64,000 nt of DNA from Mobula hypostoma (taxonomy: Eukaryota), in NCBI RefSeq assembly GCF_963921235.1, contig NC_086097.1:99884001-99948000 (forward strand), read 5' to 3'. Positions within the stretch are counted from its first letter, which is position 1. Every line of letters begins with the position of its first letter. Below the pieces are notes generated by a model, which made no database searches, was not told where the DNA came from, and saw only the letters and a list, made by a program, of their open reading frames with translations. Positions 32,967-46,200 of this stretch are shown piece by piece. A program made the translations under genes and the position numbers.

Positions 32967-34844
32967 GTAGGCTAAACAAAGATTTGTAGTATTGAATCTA
33001 GATATTCCAGTGCGTTGTGTAAATAGATTTTCGTTTTCTGTTCATTCAAAGTGAAACAATATGGTTTAATGTTCGCCTGTAGTGAAACTCCATTTCAACT
33101 CTCTTCATAATGATCTTGTATATAGTCCAAACAATCGGGTGATTGAGGTTATGTATTTGATCATTTGTTCAACAGATATAGGAGCAGAATTGAGCCACTT
33201 AGCTCATTGAATCTGCTCTGCTGCTTATGGATGATTTATTTATACAACTCCTTTTTCCTGCCTTTTCCCTGTGATCTTGAACCCTTACCCTGAACCTATC
33301 AGTCTCTCTCAAATACACCCAACGACTTGGCCTGCACAGCCCTCTGTGGCAGTGAATTCCACAGGTTCACCACCTTCTGGCTGAGCAAATTCCTCATTTC
33401 AGTTTTAAAGTGGTGTCCCTTAAACTCTCCTGCTAATGGAATCATCCTCTCCGCATCACTTTGTCCAGGCCTTTCAGTATTTGATTGGTTTCAATGTGAT
33501 TCCAGCCCACACACCATTCTTCTAAGCTCCATCGAGTCCAGTCTCAAAGTCATCAGATGCACCTTTCATGTCTGTGAAGCTCCTCTGGACCCTCTCCAGA
33601 GCCAACACATTTTTCCTTGTATACAGGGCTCAAAGTTGCTCACAGTATGCTGACTGTTACCTTGAGTTATCTTGAACTTAAAGAAGTCCATAGGTGGAAG
33701 CAGAATTCAGATTTATTGTGATTATACTATATTTTCCCTTCCCAATTTTGTGCTTTTCACTTCTGTTCTAAAGGAATTAATTAGCAGAAAGGTTAAGATT
33801 GTGCTGCATTGCATTACCATGTTTCATTATTTTTCATATTAGCACTGTATAAGGTAGAGGCCAGGAAAGCATCTGTACATGCTTCAAAAATTTTTAAATT
33901 TACTTTTAACATAAGTTTGGAAAGAACACGTTTTTATTCCCTCTCCCATATATTTTTGTTAGTGAGATGTGAGTTCCACAAGGATGAATTTCCATTACCT
34001 GAAAGGCTGTAACATGGGGGTCACCTTTAGTTCTACCCACAGTATGAACATGGCATCTTTCCTTGCTCTCTTGGGTAGAAGATGTGATTCTTTTGACATA
34101 GTATTACTGTAATGGTAGAAATAAAAAAAATACTGCTACTAGGAATCTGAAATATAGTCCTGCTCAACATACTTAGCAGATCAGGCATCATCTATAGAAA
34201 GGGAAATAGTTAACATTTTATCTTGACAGTTCATCAGAATTAAAATACTGCCAGTATTTCAGCAATATACTTGATTTTTAGTTGATGGTTTACAATCAGT
34301 GCAAATGATATCAAAGCAATTTTAGAACAATATGAGCCACTAAGTGGTAATATTATAAATGAAAATGTGGAAAGGTGGGTTTAATAATAACATGCAGTAG
34401 AGGGAAAGGATATTGTGAGGAAATAAATACAGAATCAGATGGGAGTAACAGATCCATTATCAGAAACATTTCTGGTTTGAAAGTTCAATGCCTTACAGTT
34501 TTGGATTTTTGTTGATCTGGCCTAGAGCTGATCTAAACACATTTCTGCCCAAGGTAAATACTCTTCCACTGCTCCTTCAATTTTCCATAGCTGATCTAAA
34601 CTTTATGATGCAGTAATTAGTGTTCCTTGGACTTTTCTCACTAATAGTTGTTTGTGTGACCAGTCGTATTGCTCTAGAACCAGATCCAACAGCTAATTTG
34701 AAAGAGAAACCTGCTGACTAAGTTTGTCATTTGCACTATTACTATTCTAATCTATATTGAGGTGGATCCCGTTAAGACTACTCCTGACTTCCTGCAAATT
34801 TACTATCCCTCCCACTTAATGTGATCCTTCTGTTATTCGGCATT

Positions 34845-34901
34845 TTCACTAATCCGGCACTCCTCAGGTCCCAGTGGTGCCGGATTAGTGAAGGTCGACC
34901 T
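34845..34901. mobile_element. pogo/Tigger-like MITE end with internal hairpin
   Basis: tcactaatccggcac...gtgccggattagtga inverted repeat ending aggtcgacctg. Confidence 0.5.
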
Positions 34902-35064
34902 GAAGCTTTATGGTACTTTACTGGAATATGGTATATTGCTGTGTGTTTGGCATATGTTTCTGGAATTTAGTTAAATAGATTCTGCCCTTGATTTTATCAG
35001 ACATCCTTCCTTGCAACAATGTGATTCACTTTATATTGCTACCCCTACATCCATTGTTTGTGTA

Positions 35065-35335
35065 TTTATTGAGGTACAGCACAGAGCAGGCCTTCTGGCC
35101 CTTTGAGCTGTGCCATCCAGCAACCGCCAGTTTAATCCTAGCCTAAACACGGGACAATTTACAATGAATAATTATCCTACCAGCCCATAGGTCTTTGGAC
35201 TGTGGGAGCACCCAGACATTCTCCCCATGGTCACAGGGAGAACGTACAACCTCCTTACAGACAGCGGTGGGAATTGAACTGGGATTGCTGGTACTGTCAA
35301 AGTGTTGTGCTAATCACTATGCTACCGTGCCACCC
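35065..35335 (-). mobile_element. V-SINE (HE1-like)
   Basis: Reverse-strand tRNA-like head (ggcacggtagcatagtg) and V domain. Related copies at about 49880-50130 and 60045-60300 on the + strand. Confidence 0.75.
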
Positions 35336-38300
35336 TTTCTTTCGTGAACAAACTTTATTTTGGGATATTCAATACCTAGGGCTGTACAGGTCATTGTAAT
35401 AATCGCAGCATCACAATTCTTCATCCATTTTTGCATATTGACTACAAAATTCTCTGAGATCCTTGACAATATCAACCAGTTAGATCCATTTCTCAGGTCC
35501 ACCCCAGTGTGTCTGACGTGGTGACATGGGTCAAGTAGTTGGGAGCAGAACCTGAGTACCTGGCCTGAACTGCATGGGTTTTTTTTTGTAACAGGGTCAG
35601 GAGTACACCCTGATGAGACATCAGCATTCACCTGGTTTGCTTCAAAGTTCAAAATACATTTGTTATCAAAGAATGTGTACAATCTATATCGGAATGATTT
35701 GTTTGTATAATTGTTGTGTCTTCTTTATAATATCTGCGGTTTCATCCTTAAAACAGATCATTAGTAATCTGAAAGGCGCCCAACCTGATGTACATGGGCT
35801 CCTTGCTTAATGGTATTGGTCCATGGTGTAAAAAAAATAGGGTTGGGAACCCGTGCTCTAGATTATGAATGGGTGGGGAGAAGTGTGATTAGGGTTCAGT
35901 ATTATACCCTAGCAGACCAGCTTGAGAGACTTTGGTTTCCTTCTGTGTAACACTGCACCAACTACTTAATGTCTAACTGTTTTATAAAATTCGACAAACA
36001 TTTCCGAAGTAAGTGCACAGCGCACCTCTAAAATTAAAATCTGTGGACATCCATTTTGCAGATATGGTGGTCAGTGCTGGTTAGAAACTCTAGGATCATT
36101 AGAGACAATGATGTCTGCAGTTTTCCTTCAACCTGACCATTGCTCAGTAGTTACAGGTTAAATTTATGAGAGGGTAAAATTAAATAATTAAAACCAATCT
36201 CTCAATCTTCTCTTTGCATTTTCCAAAACTTGGAAAGTTATGCCAGGTTAGGATCAGAATGAGATTTATTATCACTGATTTGTATAACATAAAATTTGTT
36301 GTTTATTTGATATAGTGCTAATGAGTTCATGTTCCATTGAGAAATGTGATGATGGAGAGAAAGCTGTTTCTAACTTGTTGAATGTGGGTCTTCAGGCTCC
36401 TGTACCACCTCCCTGATGGTTAGTAGCAAAAGGGAGGCATGTGCTGGATGGTGGGAGTCCTTAAGGCACTGCCTTTAGAAGAGACCCTTGATAGTGAGGA
36501 GAGTTTTACCCCGAGTGTAGAATCATCTGCAGCATCTTGCAGTCGTCCAGAGATCTCCAGTTAGCTGGAAATAGTATAATTTGTTGTGCTGTTTGAGAGG
36601 TTGTGAATACTGTGGTTGAGGATTGCCTTCAATGAGGGTGGAGGAACAGGAAGGGTTCAATTATTTATGTATGTTTTTATTTAAAGTACATCTCAATAAC
36701 CCTGAAATGTTGGGTTGTTGTAATACCCATGGGAAAGGAAATGTACCATCCTTGTCTGCCTGTGTGACTTCAGAGCCACCAATATGTGTAACTCTTGAAG
36801 CTGCCTCAATTCCAGGGCAATTAGAAATAGACAGTAAATGCTTTGCCAGCAGTTATTAGCATCAAAATAAAACACAAAGCTGCTGTAGTGTTTGCCAAAC
36901 TTTTTGTGTTACAGCCCCCTTGGCTCCCGGACTCAACCCCAGCATCCCCTCTCCCTTTCTGGTCATTGCATTAAAGACTACAGTATAAACCATTTTGATT
37001 TTTGATGCACAGAGCTAGAAAATAGGAACTGCAAATTCAAAGCAGTGACTAAAATTTGCAAAAATTATTCAAATCTATTTAAAGATACAAATAAAATTAC
37101 TTAGAGTCATAGAAAAGTTGAGCACAGAAACAGGCCCTTTGGCCCATCTAGTCCATTCTGACACCATTTAAACTGCCTACTCACGTTGACCTGCACTGGG
37201 AACATAGCCCTTCATACCCCTACTATCCATGTACCTATCCAGACTTCGCTTAAACATTGAAATCAAGCTCGCATGCACTACTTGTGGTGTGAGCTTGTTC
37301 CACACTCTCACGATCTTTTCAGTGAAGTAGTTTCCCCTCATGTTTCCCTTAAATCTTTCACCCTTAACCCACGACCTCTACATTTACTCTTATCTATATC
37401 CCCCATAATTTTGTATACCTCTATAAAATCTCCTCTCAATCTTCTACATTCTAAGGAATAAAAGTCCTAATCTTTCCTCATAATTCAGTGACTCTAGACC
37501 TGGCAAACATCGTTGTAAAACTTCTCTGTACTCTTTCAACTTTGTTTACATACTTCCTATAGGTCGGTGACCAAAACTGCACACGCTACTTCAATTTAGA
37601 CCTCACCAATGTCTTGTACAACTTAAATATAACATCCCATCTCCTGTACTCGATACTTTGATTTATGAAGGCCAATGTGCCAAAAGCTTTCTTTTCTGCT
37701 TATTTAATTACAGTAAAAACATCAATAATTTTAAAGCAGTTCAATTATTCACTACTTCATTGCTTTTTCACCTTTCCATGAGATGGATAGACTTGGTGCA
37801 GTGATATCAGCTTCTCAACAGTACTCTGAAGGAGAATCAGATCACACGGTCAGTAATTTTGCAGTCTGTTTCATTGCTTTCATCTGCTTCAGCTCAAAGT
37901 CATTTTGTAGCGAGGTCAGTTCTTCATCCTTCCTGTTAATTCCTCATTATAAGTTTTCAGGAATGGATTTATTTCCCAATCTGGAATTTGGACTGAGAGA
38001 AGATCTAGAAGTCTCTGTGACGTTTTTTTATGCAGCTCACCCAGTTGGCCACAGTTTACTTGCAGATCATCTTGTATTCTTTCTTTCTCTTCCAACTCAG
38101 AGGCTCAGAAACTGGGAACGGACACAATGGCCAATGTTGTACTTAATTTGGACAGAAATGTGGAAATGGCTGATTTGACTTTGATCAGATTCACATTTCC
38201 TTGCAATTGAAGATCAATTTCATTAAACTTTGTGAATAATTCTGACAAATAAGCAATGTCTTGCCTAATATTCTTGAGTTGATTTTTGAGTGAAGCATTT

Positions 38301-39589
38301 GATTCTTCAAAAATTTTTATTACGGTTTCAAAAAGGCAGTTTCCTTTTGAGAGTCATCTGACTTCTGTGTGCAACAGCAAGCGTTCAAACTGTTCATCAT
38401 GCTTGAACTAGTTGAATTGCGAAGAAGGGATTTGATTTTATTTATCACTGTGATAACAGTATTTAATGATTTGTGCAGCCAATTGCTTAGGTTTTTTTGT
38501 GACAAGATGTTGTATGTGAATACCAGTGAATGGTAAATATGGTACAGTGTTTTTCAAGAAAGTAATTACCCCATGGTGGTGTCATGTCATTGATGGTGCT
38601 CCTTCTGTTGCAAACGCAAGAATGTTAGTGAGTAAAATGTCCTCTTTGAAAGATTCTTTCTTTTTCAATCTTTTTATTAAGTTTCAAATTAATAAACATA
38701 GCAATAATAATAGTGATACAGAGACTGGGATTACATTAATAATAGTTAACACATACAAGCACAGATTCCAAGTAACAAATGTAGTTTAGCCTCCCAATCT
38801 CTTAGTAACTAACCGTGAAAAAGATATTTTATAAAGAGAAAAAAACCCCTAAACTAAAAAAAACAAACAAAGATTGGGCTGCCATATTTCTTTGGCTAAA
38901 ATTATTATTTGTTGTTAACTCCGCTCCTCTATACATGAACAAAAAAATTACTAAAAAGAATCCAGAAAGGGTCAACTTACATCATATGAAAATATTGAAT
39001 AACCGGCCTCTAAGTTTATTCAAATTTAACCGAAGGATCCATAGTACCGTTCCTAATTTTTTCCAAGTTTAAACATGCTATCATTTGGGAAAACCATTGA
39101 AATGTAGTAGGGGGATTGGAATCTTTCCATTTAAGTAAAATGGATCTTCTGGCTGTTAATGTAACAAATGCAATTAGACAACAAGCTGATGCGAATAAAT
39201 GACTGGAGTCTATTACTGATAGTCCAAAGATTGCAGTAATAGGATGAGGTTGTAAATCAACACGCAGAACTACTGAAATAATATCAAAAATATCTTTCCA
39301 ATATTTTCCTCAAAGAGGGCAAGACCAGAACATATGTGTCAAGGAAGCTACCTCAGAATTACATCTATAACAAACAGGATTTATGTGGCAGTAAAAGCGA
39401 GCTAACTTATCCTTTGACGTATGAGCCCTATGTATTGTATCAAAGTGTGTCTGGCACACATTGAAGAAGTATTAACTAGTTGAAAAATTTTCTCCCATTT
39501 CTCTGTAGGTAAAGGTATCTGAAGGTCTCTTTCCCACTCATTCTTAATTTTATCAGAAGTACCTAAGCGTATTTTCATAATTAAATCAT

Positions 39590-40266
39590 GAGGGAGGAGA
39601 AGATGGCGGCGTGACTGCAGCACGTGCGGCCTCTCCGGTGATGAATATCTGTTATCTGTCAAGTAGGGGACTGTGCGCAATTCTGATTTGATGGAGATGG
39701 ACATGAGAGTATGGAGGAACATCTGGAAAACTTCTGAAATGCCCGCTTCGCTGCCGTTGCTACTGTGTGGTAACCGGAATCTCTGGAGCAGAAGGCCCCG
39801 AAATCCTCGGCTTTGCTTGTTTCAGCGGCCGGGGCGAGGTCGAAGGCACTCGGCAGAGGATGGCGCTTGGGAGGCTGTATCGGAGGGGCTGGTCGGAGGC
39901 TCGAAGTTTTCGGACGGTTGGACTCAGGGTCGGCTGCTTCCAAGGCATCGGCAAGTTGACGGTGCCTGGAGGATTATGGCAGGGAGTTTCTCCCTTTTGC
40001 TGCCTGCTATCGGGGACTCGGGAGTTGATCGATTCGGGGACTTCGAGACTTATTTTTTACTGTGCCCATGGTCTGTTCTTCATCAAATTATGGTATTACT
40101 TTGCACTGCTGTAACTATATGTTATAATTATATGGTTCTGTCAGTGTTAGTCTTTGGTTTGTCCTGTTTTCTGTGATATCACTCCGGAGAAACATTGTAT
40201 CATTTCTTAATGCATGCATGCATTTCTAAATGACAGTAAGAGGACTGGGTGTTCTCATAATCTAAT
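39590..40266 (+). mobile_element. Non-autonomous LINE-like element, copy 1
   Basis: Starts gggaggagaagatggcg and ends tctcataatctaat; no credible coding region. Confidence 0.8.
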
Positions 40267-40411
40267 AAATGCTATTAAACTCTTCTGATAGGGATTTAAA
40301 CTATAATTTTTTTTTCTGTAACTTCAATTTGATGTGATATCGGAAAGGTAAGTAAAGTACCATTCAGAAAGTTTCTAATCTGTATATATCTGAAAAAGTC
40401 TGATCTTGGCC

Positions 40412-40980
40412 AGGGGTCCCCAACCATCAGGCCGTGGACCGGTACCGGGCCACGAGGAAACAATATGATTTGGCAATATGAGTCAGCTGCACCTTTCCTC
40501 ATTCCCTGTCACACACTGTTGAGCCATTACGCATGCGAGGTCATTACGCACGCGTTATTCATGTCAGCGCGGGAAGAAGATCAACTCTGAGCTTGCAAAT
40601 GACGGCGGGCTGAGAAGCATGTTTGACATAACATCTCTGCCGGCATTCCAGATCAAAGTCAAGGCTAAATATCCTGAGATAGCCAGGAGAGCACTGAAAA
40701 CGTTGCTTCCATTTCCAACATATCTCTGCAATGAATGCAACGAAAACTAAATTACGGAATAGACTGGACATAAGGAACCTCCTTCGAGTATCGCTGTCCC
40801 CCATCACCCCTCGATGGCACAGTGTGGTTGCAGGAAAACCAGCCCAGGGCTCCCACTGATGCAGTGATATTGGTCTGTTGCAATGATTTTATATGTTCAT
40901 ATGGGGAAAATATGTGCTGTGTGTTTAATATCCAAACGTTACTTAAAATGTTATGATGCTATTGACTTATATAACCATAA
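40412..40980 (+). mobile_element. MER1/Charlie3-like hAT deletion derivative (right end lost)
   Basis: Left TIR caggggtccccaacc and ggaccggtaccgg; transposase C-terminus KAKYPEIARRALKTLLPFPT...RNRLD. Confidence 0.8.
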
Positions 40981-41233
40981 AGAACAGAAAGTAAATCTGA
41001 AAGAGATTTTAAAAATTCAGCTGTATACCCATCCGGACCAGGTGCTTTACCAAAGTTCATCGAAAAAATTGCTTTCTTTATTTCCTCTTCAGTAATGGGT
41101 GCGTCTAATGCTAAACATTCATCAACTGGTGATTTTGGAATATTCAATTTCCTTAAAAATTCATGCATTATGGTAGAATCATCAGGAAATTCTGAGTGGT
41201 ATAAATTGGTATAAAATTCTTGAAAAGATTTTT

Positions 41234-42094
41234 TTAGATTAGATTATGAGGACACTCAGCCCTCGTTTATTGTCATTTAGAAATGCATGTATTAAAAAAT
41301 GATGCAATGTTCCTCCAGAAAGATAACACAGGAGGGGAGGGGAGGGGAACATCGACTCAGACCATGAGAGGCCTGCGTCGCGCAATTTCATGCCTTACAA
41401 GGCGCAGATTGGAAGTCTGTGTGGGGCGCCACTCCTCGCACAGACTAGAGCAATGTGTGATTAAGTGCCTTGCTCAAGGGCACAAACACGCAGCCACAGC
41501 TGAGGCTCGAACTAGCAACCTTGAGGTAACTAGACGAATGCCTTAACCACTTGACCACATGCCCAACACAAAAACACAGGACAAACCAAGACTAAAACTG
41601 ATAAAACCACATAATTATAACATATAGTTACAACAGTGTAAAGCAATACCGTAATTTCATGAAGTGCAGACTATGGGCATGGTAAAAAAAAAGTCTCAAG
41701 TCCTGATAGCCCCATCATCTCAGCAGACGGAAGCGCCACAAACTTGCCGATGCATTGGAAGCACCCAACCGCAGCTGACTCTGAGTCCGTCTGAAAACTT
41801 CGAGCCTCCGACGCCGAGCACCATCTCCGCCGAGCGCTTCGACCCCACCCCGGCTGCCAAGCAGCAAACAAAGCCGAGGACTCGGGACCTTCCTCTCTGG
41901 AGATTTTGGATTGCACAGTAGCAGCGGTAGCAAAACAGGCATTTCAGAAGTTTCACCAGATATTCCTCCGAGCTCTCACGTCTGTCTCCATCAAATCAGG
42001 ATTGTGCACGGCATCCTACTTGACAGATAACAGATATCATTTACCGGAGTGGCCGCTGCGAGCTGCGTCGCGCCACCATCTTCTCCTCCCTCCT
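41234..42094 (-). mobile_element. Non-autonomous LINE-like element, copy 2, containing a tRNA-SINE at about 41333-41573
   Basis: Same ends as copy 1 in reverse. The nested SINE is flanked by acacagga direct repeats. Confidence 0.8.
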
Positions 42095-42589
42095 GATTTG
42101 TTAATTTCATCATGGTCAACCGTCGAATACCATCCCGTTTACGAACTTTAATAATCTGAAGTTTCGCCCAAGCAGCTTTCAATTGGTTAGCCAATAATTT
42201 ACCTGATTTATCACCATGTATATAAAATTAGCTCTTAGTTTTAAGTAATTGATTTTCAATCGGGGATGTTAATAACAAACTATGTTGCATCTGAGGTTCA
42301 ACTCTCTCTTTATAAACCTCCAGATTGGGAGCAATAGAATATTTTTTTATCAATTTCTTTAATCTTATCAACAAATGTACGTATTTCACTATTAATTCGT
42401 TTTTTCAATCCAGCAGAGTATGAAATAATTTGCCCATGGGTATATACTTTAAAGGTATCCCATAATATCCCACTGGAAATTTCTTCCGTTGAGTTAGTTG
42501 AAAAGAAAAATGCAATCTGTTCTTTAAAGAAGTTAACAAAATTTAAATCCTGAAGCAAAATAGAGTTGAACCGTCATTATCTGGTACTA

Positions 42590-43298
42590 AAGATTAGATT
42601 AGATTTGATTAGATTATGAGAACACTCAGTCCTTGTTTATTGTCATTTAGAAATGCATACATGCATTAAGAAATGATACAATGTTTCTCCGGAGTGATAT
42701 CACAGAAAACAAGACAGACCAAAGACTAACACTGACAAAACCACATAATTATAACATATCATTACAGCAGTGCAAAGTAATACCATAATTTGATAAAGAA
42801 CAGACCATAGGCACAGTAAAAAAAAGTTCTCAAAGTCCCGAGTTGATCGACTCCTGAGTCCCCAATAGCAGGCGGCAAAAGGGAAAAACTCCCTGCCGTA
42901 ATCCTCCAGGCACCGTCAACTTGCCGATACCTTGGAAGCAGTCGACCCCAGCCGACCCTGAGTCCATCCGTCCAAAAACTCCGAGCTTCCGAGCAGCCTC
43001 TCCGATACAGCCTTCTGAGCGCCATCTTCTGTCCAGCGCCTTCGACATCTCCCCCGCCGCTGAAACACGCAAAGCTGAGGATTTCAGGGCCTTCAGCTCC
43101 GGAGATTCCGGTTACCACACAGTAGCAGCGGTAACAAAGCAGTCATTTCAGAAGTTTTCCAGATGTTCCGCTGTGCTCTCGTGTCTCTCTCCATCAAATC
43201 AGGATTGTGCATGGTCCCCTACTTGACAAATAACAGATATTCATCACTGAAGTGGCCCCGCGTGCTGTCATCGTGCCGCCATCTTGTTCCCCCCTCCC
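42590..43298 (-). mobile_element. Non-autonomous LINE-like element, copy 3
   Basis: Same body as copy 1 with a (CTAAT)n tail. Confidence 0.8.
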
Positions 43299-46200
43299 AG
43301 GAGGATCCTGGGATACATCATAAAGGTTACATCAATTCATTTAATTGATAATTTCAAAGGCGCATGATGGGAAATGACGATTGCATCATACTCAGTCGGT
43401 GACAGATGAAACTAATCAAGAATCAATAAGTAATGGATTCTAGAATAATTATGATATACATGAGAAAAGAAAAAGAACTCTTTATCATTAGGATATAAAA
43501 ACCTCCAAACATCTAAAATTCTGGAGTCAACTAAAAAGGAATTAATGAAAATAGCAGATTTGTTTGGAAGTACCTGATTGGGCGCAGACCTATCTATCAC
43601 AGGATTCAGACAATTAAAATCTCTGCCCAATATTAACATATATTCATTTAAATTGGGAAGAGATACATATAAATGCTTAAAGAATTCAGGATAGTATTTG
43701 GTGCATAAGTATTAACCAAAACTACTTTTTGGTTATAAATTAAACCAGTAATTAATAGAAATCTGCCATATGGGTCTGAGATTGTATCATAATGAACAAA
43801 TGAGATCGAGGAGTCTATAAAAATAGACTATAAAAAAACCTTTCACTTTAGACGGTGAGTTTGAGTGAAATTGTTCAACTTTCTAAAACCTAAAAAAAGC
43901 TGATTATCCTCCTTCCTCACTTGAGTCTCCTGCGCAAAAAATAATCTGCGCATTCAATCTATGAAAACTTTAAAAATCTTCTTCCGTTTAATTGGATGAT
44001 TCAAACCATTCGTATTCCATGCGACAAAGTTAACAATATTATCCATTTTCCTTAAATAAACCATATAGTATGTAAAAGGTTAACCATATTGCATAGGAAA
44101 CTCGTGAATCAGGAAGAGGGAAAAAAAGTTTAAAGAGGAACCGGAAATTAGGACAATACAGACGTTTTTGTAGTTTCAAATCAGCCCAAATGAAAAACAC
44201 TAAACTAAAAATAGCCGCACCCCCACCCACAAAGATCCAAAACCTGTCCAATAGACAGTCAGAAAAGTATCTAAGAACCTCCTTACCCCCATCTATCTTG
44301 AGGGCACATCTCCAAATTTAAAAAAAGTAAAGAAAAACCCATAGTCAGAACATTGCGAAAGGAATGCTAAACACATGTTAAGGAAAAAAAAGCCATTTGC
44401 AGACCATTTTAGAGGACAAGATCTTAAGAAATGAAACAGAATAGAATCTTAGTAATATTTCAAGAAAAAACAAATAATCACCAAGTCAGAATCTTAATTT
44501 TCAAGAGCGAACAGTTAAAAATAAAAAGGTAAAATAATAAAGGGAAAAGAAAGGGACTTTAACGTAGAAGCATAATAAACATCCGTATACCAAAACAAAG
44601 TACGAGTAAAATCAGCCCAAGGGCAAAGTTCTACAAACTTAAAATGTCCAAATCTATAAGCTGGTTATTAACTAATAAACCAGATGTATACAAACATAAA
44701 GGAACGGTAAATGTATTAGACATCCGAGCTGAAACATAGATCTTCGAGAAATTGTTGTGCTTCATCCACGGATTTAAACCATTTAAATGATTTATCAGGC
44801 AGAACAACCCTTAGAGGAGCAGGGTATAGCAAAGCTGGTTGGAAATTCCTTTGATATAATTCCAACATCACCGTTTTAAAACGCAATCTTTCTTGTATTA
44901 TCTCATGACAATAATATTCAACCAGATGAAACTTAAGATTTTGATGCTCAATAATTCCTTTCGGATGAGCAATTCGAATTAAGTGCTCCTTAGTATTCAC
45001 ATAGTGAAATCGAAGAATTACAGGGCACGGTTTTAACTCTTCCGATGGTTTGGGTCTTAACGCCCGATGCGCACGGTCAGGTACAGGAAGAGAAGAAAAA
45101 ACCTCCGAGCCAAAGACCTCCATTAAGAATTGAGAAAAAAAATAGTAAGATCCCCGCTCTCAATGTCTTCACTGAGTCTTATTATTCGCAAATTCTGTCT
45201 GTGTCTACGACTCTCCAAATCAATAATCTTGCCTTTATACTGCTCCAATGTATGAATGGTCGAAGTTAACTTCTTTTCCAAAGAACTCAATCTGCGATAT
45301 CTCTGTTTCCCAGCTTCGGTAAGCTCTGAAATTTCCGCTGCTGTTTTTCGTTCTTCTTTTCAAGTGCTGCCAATCGACCTTTGTTCTCCTTTTCAAGTGC
45401 TGCCAATCTACCTTTGTTCTCCTTTAACAATACTTCCAAAGTAGCAAATCTTTTATCAAGTTTTTCATCCAAGAGATTCGAGATAGCCTCCAAAGTAAGT
45501 TGAGACTGTTTAGGCTGTTCAAAGACACCTTCTTTCTTTCCATTTCCATTACTGGTTTCCTTGCCTTCAGCTAATCCCTTTCTTCCTCTGGTAGACATTT
45601 CTGTCAATTAAAATTCGGAATTCAAGCATATAGAAGTGGTATCAACACTTTGATATAGATAGTAAAGGGGTGGTAAGTAAATTGAAAAATGAACGGAGCA
45701 AAGCCAAAATGCGACCTACTCCATCTAGCGCCCCAAGAGAGTCCTGTCTTTGAAAAATGGTTGAACAATCCAAAATATTGACTCTCCCTTTGCATCTGTT
45801 TCTAGTCTCCTTGCAAATAACAACTTGTGAACCATGCTTTCATCTTTTATGAAGCAAACATAACTAAGAAGCAAAGATTCATTGCCTGGCAAAGTTGACC
45901 CATCCAACTGCAGAGGGAGTTCTGTTGTCCTAAGTATGTTGCACAGCATGTCTTCCACATTCTCAGACGTTTTATCTATTCATCTTTGAGCAGAGTTGTC
46001 ATTGAGTGGAATTACTTTAATCACCTGGACTGGTGACTTATGCAAAACTATATTCAGAGCCTCCCTTACTGCTGGCAGAATTAGTTCCTTTCCAATTGTA
46101 TGAGGCTTTCCAGATTTAGCAATGAAATGTTGTATGAAGTATGCAAAGCATTGCTAGTTTCTTGTGAAGTGTTTTCCATTTCTGAAAGTTTCACAGTGAA

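Larger units (their letters stand above)
38652..45746 (-). mobile_element. L1-clade LINE (5' UTR, ORF1, ORF2 with internal deletion, A-rich tail)
   Basis: ORF1 pieces (DRAHRAL..PCPVILRFH..LLYPAPLRV); APE endonuclease (ILGRDFNC, FFSHVYHNYSRIHY); KAPGPDG; C-terminal THMFWSC. Candidate TSD tctttgaaa at 38643-38651 and 45747-45755. Confidence 0.88.
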
